Origin: a virus
Taxonomy: Duplodnaviria; Caudoviricetes
Reading direction: 5' to 3' (one strand)
IMG/VR virus record: IMGVR_UViG_3300025018_000329
Coordinates: 1 to 35,619 of that record
Length of the DNA stretch: 35,619 nucleotides
Shown in pieces: positions 27,042-34,551 of this stretch. Both the position numbers and the translations under genes were made by a program. Every line of letters starts with the position of its first letter. Position 1 is the stretch's first letter. The notes beneath the pieces were generated by a model. That model was given only the letters and a program-made list of their open reading frames with translations, was not told the origin of the DNA and did no database searches.

Positions 27042-27418
27042 GCGCCGAGCTCCGGCCACGTGGGATCACCGCTCAAATTGTTGACCTCGATCCCGTGCTC
27101 GCGGGCGTGGATTGCTTCGATGCGCATCCCCGTGGTGATGTGACCGCCGCAAAGCCACAGCTCGTCGCATCGCTCGATGACAGCGCAACACCGTCTGAGC
27201 GCCTCATAGTACGAAGTCGCATCGGGGTGATCGGGCCCTGCGTTGGGGCAATGTGCCTTGGCCACGTCGAGAAATATCTCGCATTCGGTGATCCACGGCG
27301 CGATGAAATGCATCGACGGATGCATGGTGAAAAGCCCCCGGAGCGTATCCTTGGCCCGAAGCAAGTTGTGCACGACGTCGCCGCTCACAGGATGTGCGAC
27401 GTAGATGATGCGCATCAT
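27038..27418 (-). CDS. Nucleoside 2-deoxyribosyltransferase-like fold protein (DUF4406-like)
   Basis: IYVAHPVSGD..N...CDELWLCGG.ITTGMRIE..HA...GIEV. Confidence 0.7.
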   Translation of the reverse strand: MMRIIYVAHPVSGDVVHNLLRAKDTLRGLFTMHPSMHFIAPWITECEIFLDVAKAHCPNAGPDHPDATSYYEALRRCCAVIERCDELWLCGGHITTGMRIEAIHAREHGIEVNNLSGDPTWPELGA

Positions 27419-27789
27419 CTGTCACCACCCTTGCCGGAGAAAATTGCATTCGCGAGCCGGGCGATCATTTTCACGGCGACGCTCGCCTTGGCTGCATCGG
27501 TCGCCGCCACGGCGAGCGCACGGATCGAATCGAGCTCGCGGTATAGCTGCCCCATGTATCCCGTCGCGATCTGGGCATTCTCGGCGAGAAGCAAGAGGGC
27601 GGATAGTTTGTCGGCAGCGACGGCGACCTCGAGCTCGCGCCGCACCCGCGACCTTTGGATGATGTGGGTGATCTCATTCAGGAGCTCATTGACCGGCATC
27701 GGCCGGGGGCGCTCCGAGGGCGTCGGCGTTTCCTCGAACTCGTCGTGGCCGGGGTCCCAAAGATCAGGGTCGCGATTGTCGTCAGTCAT
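27415..27789 (-). CDS. Hypothetical protein
   Basis: ATGA-coupled at both ends; GAGG RBS; helical. Confidence 0.65.
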   Translation of the reverse strand: MTDDNRDPDLWDPGHDEFEETPTPSERPRPMPVNELLNEITHIIQRSRVRRELEVAVAADKLSALLLLAENAQIATGYMGQLYRELDSIRALAVAATDAAKASVAVKMIARLANAIFSGKGGDR

Positions 27790-28220
27790 ATTTCCTCGAT
27801 GCGGACGATCACGCCCGCGCGGTTTGTTTGCTCTTGCGAGCAGTGGCGCTCGATGCCGGCCGGGTTGTCGTCGGTGATAAGCCCGGCCCGGGTAAGCGCG
27901 TCGATCAGCGGCTTGCACCCGGAAATCAGGTTGTCGTCGTCGCGCTCGTACCGCGCGGACTTGTAAATCCTGTGAACGAACACCCGCCGGCGGCCCGTGG
28001 CGACGGGGATGGGGGCGCCGTGTTTCCAGGCCATAAACAGGAGCGCGTAGTCGTCGCGGAACTTGTCGTAAAGCTTTCGCTTCGCCCACGCCCCTTGCGG
28101 GCGCTTGACGACGAGGGCGTTGCCGGACGGGGGCTCGATGGGGAATTCGCGTTCCCAAGCCCCCGGCCCCGCCGGCGGCAAGTCACGGCCGCACCCGCCG
28201 CACACCCGGGCGAGAGTCAC
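27786..28220 (-). CDS. rusA: RusA-like Holliday junction resolvase
   Basis: PPSGN..RDDDNLISGCKPLIDALTRAGLITDD catalytic signature; GTGA-coupled start. Confidence 0.8.
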   Translation of the reverse strand: MTLARVCGGCGRDLPPAGPGAWEREFPIEPPSGNALVVKRPQGAWAKRKLYDKFRDDYALLFMAWKHGAPIPVATGRRRVFVHRIYKSARYERDDDNLISGCKPLIDALTRAGLITDDNPAGIERHCSQEQTNRAGVIVRIEEI

Positions 28221-28615
28221 TTGGCGACCCGCCGCATGATGATGGCAATCTCGGCGGCGTTCGCGCTGTCCTCGACAAACCACGCGGGCGCCGTCGTCAA
28301 AAAAGCCGTGCGGTCGCTCGAGCGCCGGAGCGCGCCGAGAAGCCGCACCGATTCCACGGCCCGGGCCTGCTCGCGCCTCTCGAACACGGGGATACACTCG
28401 GGGCACCGAAACGTCTCGGTCCAGTCGAGGGGCTTCTCTCCCCGCCCACGGAGCGTCCGGCTAGACAGATCAAAACTCCGCTTGGCCTCGGCCGACACCT
28501 CGGCGGAGTCCGGCTTGCGGCAATCCCGGCAAGGCGCCATCGCCACGGTATGCCCGGAGCCGAAGGAGGGCACGGGCAGGGCAATGTCGTCAGTGGAGCT
28601 CGGGGTGGTCATCAT
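28217..28615 (-). CDS. Zn-finger protein downstream of the initiator
   Basis: CRDC...CPEC; occupies the usual helicase-loader position. Confidence 0.6.
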   Translation of the reverse strand: MMTTPSSTDDIALPVPSFGSGHTVAMAPCRDCRKPDSAEVSAEAKRSFDLSSRTLRGRGEKPLDWTETFRCPECIPVFERREQARAVESVRLLGALRRSSDRTAFLTTAPAWFVEDSANAAEIAIIMRRVAK

Positions 28616-29471
28616 GGGAATCCTTCTCAGCCGCGTGGGCCGCGGCTTCTCGGTTGCGCCGATTGATGTCGGCGATTAGGTCCACGGGGTCCGCAAAGCC
28701 CCCGTAATTGGGTTTGCGGGGCGCCGATGGGCCCCCGCCCCTCTTGGCCTCGCGCCATTCCTTGGCGACATCGAGGTTTTTGTGGATGCAGGAGACTTGG
28801 AGGAGAGTCTTAGGGTGCAGGTGATCCCGGTAGGGAGCTTTCCAGTTCGCGAAAGCGTATTCAGTCACGAGCCGGAAATCGTCGGGCGTCACCCCGCCCT
28901 CCATGTTGGCGGCGACGGAGTCGACTAATCCCTTGCGCCATGTGTGCCGCGTCCCGTGGATGCTGTTGAACCATAAAAGGTAGTCGTCTACGACCTGTCG
29001 GGCGGAAGGTTTTGGCGTTTCGGGGACGAGCGCAAGCTGCCCGGAAGGGGCGGAATCCAATGATAATGCTATCTTCCGTTGTAGCGACTTGGCGCGACGT
29101 GTCGCTACATGGAGCGCCGTGTCGCTACAATCTACGGTAGGTTGTGGGAGTACAGACTTGACCTCGCGGCCCCGATGGGGCGGCCGGATCATGGCGCCCC
29201 AATCGACAAAGGCCCCGTATTGGCGCCCGTCCCGCTCATAGCAAGTGACGACGCCGGCGAGCTCGATCTCGCGGAGCCACTTGCGCACATCCTTGATCGG
29301 ATAGGTGCGGCCCCATAGGACGGCGAGAAGGTGCCGATCATCGGCATTGAAGCGGCCCAAGAGGTCGGCGTGGTGCGTGAGTTTGACGGCGAGGGCCCAC
29401 GCGTCACCCGTGAGCCCCGCCATTACCGCATCGTCGACGATATGGGCGCGGTGTGTTCTCTCTGCCGGCAT
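28590..29471 (-). CDS. Phage replication initiator / replisome organiser
   Basis: N-terminal HADLLGRF wHTH-like domain; C-terminal HLHPKTLL resembles the YLRPxTLF conserved phage C-terminal domain; internal iterons. Confidence 0.75.
   Translation of the reverse strand: MPAERTHRAHIVDDAVMAGLTGDAWALAVKLTHHADLLGRFNADDRHLLAVLWGRTYPIKDVRKWLREIELAGVVTCYERDGRQYGAFVDWGAMIRPPHRGREVKSVLPQPTVDCSDTALHVATRRAKSLQRKIALSLDSAPSGQLALVPETPKPSARQVVDDYLLWFNSIHGTRHTWRKGLVDSVAANMEGGVTPDDFRLVTEYAFANWKAPYRDHLHPKTLLQVSCIHKNLDVAKEWREAKRGGGPSAPRKPNYGGFADPVDLIADINRRNREAAAHAAEKDSHDDHPELH
29054..29130. repeat. Putative replication origin (iterons plus AT-rich patch) inside the initiator gene
   Basis: GTCGCTACA at 29101 and 29121 (20-bp period) and inverted at 29080-29088, next to AATCCAATGATAATGCTATCTT. 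Confidence 0.6.
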
Positions 29472-29483
29472 CGTCGTCGCGCC

Positions 29484-30095
29484 TTAGAAGGGGATTTCGC
29501 CGTCGCTCGGGGCCACACTGGCGGTGGACGCGCCCCACTCGGGCATCTCCGACACCGCCGATGATTCAACCCGGGTGCCGATCCACACGAAATACGGGTG
29601 TGACTTGTACTCCGTGAGCCCCGTGGCAAACCGGGTGCCGAGGGGGATAAGCCGCACGGCATTCTTGAGGCTCAGGACCTCGGCCGCGACAATGGCATGG
29701 TATTTTTCCGCCACGGCCGGATCGAGGGTACCGGCCAGAAACTGTTCCTCGTACTCGGCAAACGCCTTGGGGCGCCTTGTGAAGCCGAGCGCCGTCTTAC
29801 CCTTGGCGAACTTGGCCTCGTTCCAGTGGGGTACGTCGCCGACCCCGGCCGGGTAGGAACCCATGCGGTCCAAGGTGTCAGCCATCTTGTCCCGGTGTAG
29901 GGCGCGGTGCATCCACTTCGAGAAGTAGGCCACGTTGTGGAGCGCGTTCTCCGGGATGGCAAACCGGAGCCTCATGCGCTCGTACTTGGGCGAAGATTTA
30001 TCCGCAAAAACCGAGTTTTGCTCGGCGCATTCGTCGCCCAGAAACTCGTGCTCGCCCCAGACCATCGGTGCTCGTTCTTCAAAATCGTCGCTCAT
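29484..30095 (-). CDS. Putative single-stranded DNA-binding protein
   Basis: Acidic C-terminal DGEIPF tail; AAGGA RBS; next to the initiator. Confidence 0.55.
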   Translation of the reverse strand: MSDDFEERAPMVWGEHEFLGDECAEQNSVFADKSSPKYERMRLRFAIPENALHNVAYFSKWMHRALHRDKMADTLDRMGSYPAGVGDVPHWNEAKFAKGKTALGFTRRPKAFAEYEEQFLAGTLDPAVAEKYHAIVAAEVLSLKNAVRLIPLGTRFATGLTEYKSHPYFVWIGTRVESSAVSEMPEWGASTASVAPSDGEIPF

Positions 30096-30114
30096 AATTC
30101 AAGGTCCTTTTGTG

Positions 30115-30678
30115 TTAGATGTGGTCGCAAACGGCAAAAACGCCCCCGTTGTCGAACGCCGATTCAAAGCGGTCGAGATAGGGGCCGAAGTAAAAGAACG
30201 CCGACGGGAATGGGGCGCACGAGCGTTCCCAACGCCCCGTGCCCTCGTTCCAGCGGCTCGCCGGCTCGCCCGTGCCGGGGTCAACAAAGGTGAGCCGGCC
30301 GGGCCACAGATAGACAACTTGGCAAGCCCGGAACGCCTCGCGGAACCATCCTGTGTCCGTGCGCGCCGGGGTCAAAAGGATCGTCTCGCGCGATGCCGCC
30401 TCGGCCACGATCCGGGTGACCCAATGCTTAAGGGTCGACCCGTACGGGGGATTCGCAAAAACGTTCTCGGCCGCGGGCCACTCGCGCGTCCACCCGTGTT
30501 CGGGGCCCGTGCCGGGCGCAAGCCACGACGTGGCGCCGCATGGGTTATCTGCGGAGGCGCAGGGGTCAAGGCCGATGGCGCCGCCCAGGGCCCGCTTGAC
30601 GCGCGTCAGGGCCTCCGGGGGCGTTCGCCAGTCGTGGCGAGACGACGACATAACGGCCGCCATTTCGGCCGGGGTCAA
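30115..30678 (-). CDS. Phage DNA N6-adenine methyltransferase
   Basis: DWRTPP, LDPCA, VFANPPYG, LLTPARTDTGWF, GRLTF, APFPSA. Confidence 0.92.
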   Translation of the reverse strand: MTPAEMAAVMSSSRHDWRTPPEALTRVKRALGGAIGLDPCASADNPCGATSWLAPGTGPEHGWTREWPAAENVFANPPYGSTLKHWVTRIVAEAASRETILLTPARTDTGWFREAFRACQVVYLWPGRLTFVDPGTGEPASRWNEGTGRWERSCAPFPSAFFYFGPYLDRFESAFDNGGVFAVCDHI

Positions 30679-30863
30679 AGTCTGACGCCTCCGAAGCCGA
30701 GAAAGATCTGAACGCCTTGAGGCTCGCAATCGGCGCCCAAGCTCAGGTAATGCGATTTAAGCCGCACCACAGGATGGCGCAGTATTGCGCGATCGGCGTC
30801 AGTCTCGGGCGTCAGGACGACGCTCGGGCCGCCGGGGTGCTCGCCGGACACCTTGGCTTTCAC
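30675..30863 (-). CDS. Hypothetical small protein
   Basis: GTGA/TTGA overlaps at both ends. Confidence 0.55.
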   Translation of the reverse strand: MKAKVSGEHPGGPSVVLTPETDADRAILRHPVVRLKSHYLSLGADCEPQGVQIFLGFGGVRL

Positions 30864-30964
30864 TTGCCGCCCCATCCCCGCCACCCGGCAATGAGCGACA
30901 CGAGCATGACGACGGTCGCCATCGCGAGCAAGATCCATTCGGTGCGCGTGGGCTTCGCCATCAT
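30860..30964 (-). CDS. 34-aa single-pass membrane peptide
   Basis: MMAKPTRTEWILLAMATVVMLVSLIAGWRGWGGK; ATGA-coupled to the M23 stop. Confidence 0.55.
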   Translation of the reverse strand: MMAKPTRTEWILLAMATVVMLVSLIAGWRGWGGK

Positions 30965-31689
30965 CGCACCAACGCTGCCTCGAGGTAGACCCTCGGGTTG
31001 AGGCTGTCGGCATACCCATATCCGTCGGCGGCCGTCCGGCATTCAAAATGGCAATGGGGCGGGTCTCCCGCCACGTCGAGGTCGCCGGCAAGGATCGTTT
31101 CATGGGTGACAGGGTCGCCCACGTTGACCCGGATAGACGATCCCAGGAGGTGCAGGTAGCGGGTTTGGAGCCCGTCGGGATGCATGACGGTGATCATGTC
31201 GCCCTTGCCGCTCTCGAGCGTTCCACGGGCAACGACCTCGCCCCGTCCGTACGCGTACACGGGGCACGGCGTCGGCACGGCCCAGCGCCCCTCGCGCCGC
31301 TTTTTGGGCGGATCCCACCCGGGCACGATCTTAAACATCACATCGGCCCCGTGATGCCCGAGGTACCCGGGGCGGGGCTTGCGAGTAGGATTTTCGGACA
31401 TGTGGCCGCTCGAGATCTCCGGCATGAGCGCCGTCGATTCGCCCTCGCCCGTCGGGACCATCGCGGTACGCAATGGCCACCCCCGTGTGTAACGCGCCGT
31501 CTGCCGCGTCTCCTGCATCGCGGCGGACACCGTGTGCGGGCCAAACTTGCCGTCAGGCACGAGCATGTCGCGCCCGTCGAGGGCGTTCGCATTCCAAGTT
31601 GTTTGGAATTGCCGAACCACTCGGGTGATGTCGGCAAAGTCGTAAACCTTGCCGAGTCCGCGACGGTTGTAATCGTCGGCGGCGCTCAT
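30961..31689 (-). CDS. M23-family peptidoglycan endopeptidase with PG-binding N-terminus (candidate endolysin)
   Basis: VRQFQ..LVPDGKFGPHT (PG-binding); HHGAD (HxxxD), TRYLHL, PHCHFE (HxH). Confidence 0.85.
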   Translation of the reverse strand: MSAADDYNRRGLGKVYDFADITRVVRQFQTTWNANALDGRDMLVPDGKFGPHTVSAAMQETRQTARYTRGWPLRTAMVPTGEGESTALMPEISSGHMSENPTRKPRPGYLGHHGADVMFKIVPGWDPPKKRREGRWAVPTPCPVYAYGRGEVVARGTLESGKGDMITVMHPDGLQTRYLHLLGSSIRVNVGDPVTHETILAGDLDVAGDPPHCHFECRTAADGYGYADSLNPRVYLEAALVR

Positions 31690-31741
31690 CGCACACCCCC
31701 GTTTTCAAGGCGCGGCATTGGCCGTGCGGAGGGGACAAAAA

Positions 31742-31802
31742 CCTGAGACGGGACGCCGAAAAACTTCTCGGGGGAGACGTCAAAAAGGCGCCCCGTCTCA
31801 GG
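31742..31802. repeat. 16-bp imperfect inverted repeat in the attP arm
   Basis: CCTGAGACGGGACGCC (31742-31757) / GGCGCCCCGTCTCAGG (31787-31802), one mismatch. Confidence 0.75.
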
Positions 31803-31856
31803 CAAAAGGAGACCCGGCGAGCCGCGTTCAAGCGTCCCGATCGGGGATTTTTTCAG

Positions 31857-31884
31857 GTTGGTTTTGAGTTGGTTTTGGGTTGGG
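31857..31884. repeat. 11-bp tandem repeats, probable integrase arm-type sites
   Basis: GTTGGTTTTGA-GTTGGTTTTGG-GTTGGG, ~55 bp from the att core. Confidence 0.6.
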
Positions 31885-31938
31885 CCGGAGTGGGCTTCCC
31901 GTGAGGCGGCTTTTTTTGCTAGTGATTTCGGGCTATCG

Positions 31939-31982
31939 GGTGGAGATAAGCGGGATCGAACCGCTGACCCCTTGAATGCCAT
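31939..31982 (-). mobile_element. attP core: 3' half of tRNA-Ala(GGC)
   Basis: Minus strand ATGGCATTCAAGGGGTCAGCGGTTCGATCCCGCTTATCTCCACC has the anticodon loop GGC, T-arm GGTTCGATCC and acceptor strand with U70/A73. The 5' half is absent. Begins 8 nt after the int stop. Confidence 0.9.
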
Positions 31983-31990
31983 GAAAGCAA

Positions 31991-33130
31991 TTACTCGGCC
32001 CTCTTGGCGGGGGTCAACAATTCCAACGATCTGGCGTGCATCGCACGCTTGACGGCGCGTGGCTTGGCGTACGATTGCAACGTCGTGCGCTCGTCGGAGT
32101 GGCCCAGCGAGTCGGCGACGACCCGCCCCGTCGCGCCGCGCTCGATGGCTAAAGTCGCATGAAGTCCGCGCATTGAGTGGGCTGTGACCTCGGGGATCTT
32201 GAGCTCGGCGCAGATTCTCTTGACCGCATGGAGCACCCACGACCGATAGTGGAAAGCGGGCGGGTTTCCGGTTGTGTTTTCGGATGGGCCCCTTGGACGT
32301 AGCTTGCGCGGGTCGGCGGGAAATAGTGGGTCGGTTAGTGGTCGGCATTTGACGTGCTCGGCAAGTATAGATCGCAACGGCTCGGGGACATCGAGCGTTC
32401 GATTGCCGGCGAACGTCTTGATCGAACGTTGACCATTGGCCGTCTCCCCCTCGTGAATCCAAAGCATGTCGCATGGCTTCTCGTTTTCGTCAAGATCCCT
32501 CACTAGGCAAGTGACGATCTCTGACGATCTCATACCAAGTAGGAGTGACATTATCGCCGCAATCGCCCCATGGTCGCCCGCCTTGGCGAGGTGAATTGCA
32601 TGGGAAAGGAACAAACGCGCTGCAGTGAGGCGCAGCTGATCTTTGCCCCTGCGCCGTCGCCCCACGCCCTCGATGTCGGCGAGCGGATTCTTGCGAAGCC
32701 ATTTGTTCTTGACTATCCACGTCGCAAACGTTTTGCACTGCGCGAGGATCCCGCGGTGACTGTCAACGGCGAGCTCCTTGGCGAGTGTTGAGTATCGCGC
32801 ATGGCACCATGCCGCGGTGATCGCCCACACGGGACGGGCGTCGTCGAAGAAGCGCCGGAGCGCCCACGCGGTGTGCTCAATGGACGTCCGCTTGTTACCC
32901 TTGGCGGTGAGATAGTCGACGTATTTCTCGATCGCGACCTCCGTCGTGAGATCGGTCGGGCCAAGCGTAGTCTTGTGGGCGCCGCGCACGTACTCGTCCG
33001 CCTCGTCCTCGTCGGCAAAGCTCACCCGCTTGCACGTGCCGGCGGCGTCAAACACCTTGACGATCCACCGCCCATCGCGGGCGGCGAAATGCGGCCCCAC
33101 GACCCGCGCCCCTTTTCTAGGACGTGCCAT
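31991..33130 (-). CDS. int: Tyrosine integrase
   Basis: LGMRSSEI (R), IKT (K), HSMR (HxxR), LGHS...TTLQSY (H, Y). Confidence 0.95.
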   Translation of the reverse strand: MARPRKGARVVGPHFAARDGRWIVKVFDAAGTCKRVSFADEDEADEYVRGAHKTTLGPTDLTTEVAIEKYVDYLTAKGNKRTSIEHTAWALRRFFDDARPVWAITAAWCHARYSTLAKELAVDSHRGILAQCKTFATWIVKNKWLRKNPLADIEGVGRRRRGKDQLRLTAARLFLSHAIHLAKAGDHGAIAAIMSLLLGMRSSEIVTCLVRDLDENEKPCDMLWIHEGETANGQRSIKTFAGNRTLDVPEPLRSILAEHVKCRPLTDPLFPADPRKLRPRGPSENTTGNPPAFHYRSWVLHAVKRICAELKIPEVTAHSMRGLHATLAIERGATGRVVADSLGHSDERTTLQSYAKPRAVKRAMHARSLELLTPAKRAE

Positions 33131-33250
33131 GGAGTTTGGCCAAATCCCGTGTGATGATCATGCCCCAACTACAGTGCGCCTGAGGTGACATGACAATGAC
33201 TAGACAACGGCTGTGCGAAATATTGCTACATGTAAGCGAAAAACTTCACG

Positions 33251-33283
33251 TTGACACCACACCGTAAAGCACTATGCTTTACG
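33251..33283 (+). promoter_or_regulatory. sigma70-type promoter with overlapping palindromic operator
   Basis: TTGACA (33251) -16 nt- TATGCT (33273); perfect inverted repeat CGTAAAGCA-CTA-TGCTTTACG (33263-33283) covers the -10. Confidence 0.7.
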
Positions 33284-33284
33284 T

Positions 33285-33665
33285 GTGAGCGACATGGCGC
33301 GGTCTAAGCAGGTTTTTGTTAGGTGCACGGACGAGGAATACGACCTTTGGCGGGCGGCCGCTGGGGCCGATTCACGATCGCTGTCATCGCTCGTGCGGCA
33401 TTTGCTCACGCAACACTTGGCCGAGAATCCCTTGCCCGATATCCGTCACGCCCCCGGCGAAACCACGGGCGAGGTCGTCCCGGAGCTTTCGCTTTCCGAT
33501 GCGCAAGCGTACCTGTCCACGCGGCTCGAGCGTTATGCGATCCTAAATGAAAAGCGCCGGACGGAGCCCCTGACGGCCCGTGAGGTTTTCGAACTCCACA
33601 AAATCGAATACGCCAGAGCCGTCGTTGCGGGGGCGTCGGCGTCGGGCAAGGCGTCGGGCAAGTGA
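33285..33665 (+). CDS. Ribbon-helix-helix DNA-binding protein with C-terminal extension (candidate repressor)
   Basis: RSKQVFVRCTDEEYDLWRAAA..RSLSSLVRHLL fits the CopG/Arc/MobC pattern. Confidence 0.75.
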   Translation: MSDMARSKQVFVRCTDEEYDLWRAAAGADSRSLSSLVRHLLTQHLAENPLPDIRHAPGETTGEVVPELSLSDAQAYLSTRLERYAILNEKRRTEPLTAREVFELHKIEYARAVVAGASASGKASGK

Positions 33666-33724
33666 ATGCCGATCACTGCGACGTGGTGACTGTGGGTGTT
33701 ACTGTGGGTGCCGGAGAGGCACTC

Positions 33725-33880
33725 ATGGGAGATCCCAAGGATAGAAAGATCGTCGTGCGGTGCACGGCGGCGGAATATGAGGCGTGGCGGGCGGTGGCGG
33801 AAGCCGGCGAGCGCACGGTTGCGCAGTGGGTGCGTTACCACCTCAACAGGGCAGCAAAACAGATCGGGGGGGGATCATGA
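33725..33880 (+). CDS. Minimal ribbon-helix-helix protein, paralog of the upstream gene
   Basis: GGAGAGG RBS; KDRKIVVRCTAAEYEAWRAVA..RTVAQWVRYHL. Confidence 0.75.
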   Translation: MGDPKDRKIVVRCTAAEYEAWRAVAEAGERTVAQWVRYHLNRAAKQIGGGS

Positions 33881-34242
33881 GGGTACTGACTTGGGCGTTT
33901 GTGGGGCTTGTGAGCGCGGGGTGTGGCAAGCCCGGGGCGATGCCGGTAATCAAGGGCTTGGCCGCCGCCGAATGTGCCGTTGATTGTGTTTGCTCTACGT
34001 GGGTGGCTCGCGAGGTGGACATTTTCACCGAGTCGGCCGACGATTGGCACTCGAGCGGGCGCCCCGAGCGGGCGCGTCGCCCAGGAACACTCGAGGAGCG
34101 GACCATTCACGGGTGTTACCCTAACGCGGAGGAGTGCGGCTTGATAGTCAAATGGGTCACCGATGATGCGGTGTCGATCCTACCCTGCTACCCGTACCAC
34201 ATCGGCTCCGACGGAGCGGCCCACCCGGGCCCGCGCAAATAG
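33877..34242 (+). CDS. Cys-rich lipoprotein
   Basis: ATGA-coupled; MRVLTWAFVGLVSAG-C lipobox; 6 further Cys. Confidence 0.7.
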   Translation: MRVLTWAFVGLVSAGCGKPGAMPVIKGLAAAECAVDCVCSTWVAREVDIFTESADDWHSSGRPERARRPGTLEERTIHGCYPNAEECGLIVKWVTDDAVSILPCYPYHIGSDGAAHPGPRK

Positions 34243-34290
34243 TGGGTCAGTAGTGACCCACCCTCACGGGTGATCCGGTAGAATGGGCGC

Positions 34291-34512
34291 ATGGCATTTC
34301 CGGCAACACCACACGGCCCCTTTGACGACGACGACGCCCTGCCCCCACGGCAGCACCATCCGAGATCGCTTGTCGATATCGGCCGGGCGATGCGCACCAT
34401 CGTGTGCGAGGGCGACGTGTGGGGCGACGGCATCATTGAGGTGGACGGGTTTGTCTATTGGGTGACGGCCGTCAACTTGGCCGAGCGCGAGCCCGACGAG
34501 GATTGCAATTGA
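34291..34512 (+). CDS. Hypothetical acidic protein
   Basis: 73-aa ORF with coding-like bias. Confidence 0.5.
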   Translation: MAFPATPHGPFDDDDALPPRQHHPRSLVDIGRAMRTIVCEGDVWGDGIIEVDGFVYWVTAVNLAEREPDEDCN

Positions 34513-34551
34513 CGCTTGCGACGCACCCCGTGATGGGTGCATGATGGGTGC

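Noticed and set aside
31939-31982. Functional phage tRNA-Ala gene
   Set aside because: Only the anticodon loop to the 3' end is present; the D-arm and 5' acceptor strand are replaced by the end of int.
31686-32474. 262-aa minus-strand ORF crossing attP and ending on the M23 start
   Set aside because: Overlaps int out of frame and runs through tRNA and repeat DNA with no protein-like motif. The stop follows automatically from the ATGA of the M23 start. A short version from ATG 31982 cannot be fully excluded.
33631-33663. GGCGTCGGGCAA repeat at the end of the first RHH gene
   Set aside because: Simple coding duplication (ASGK-ASGK).
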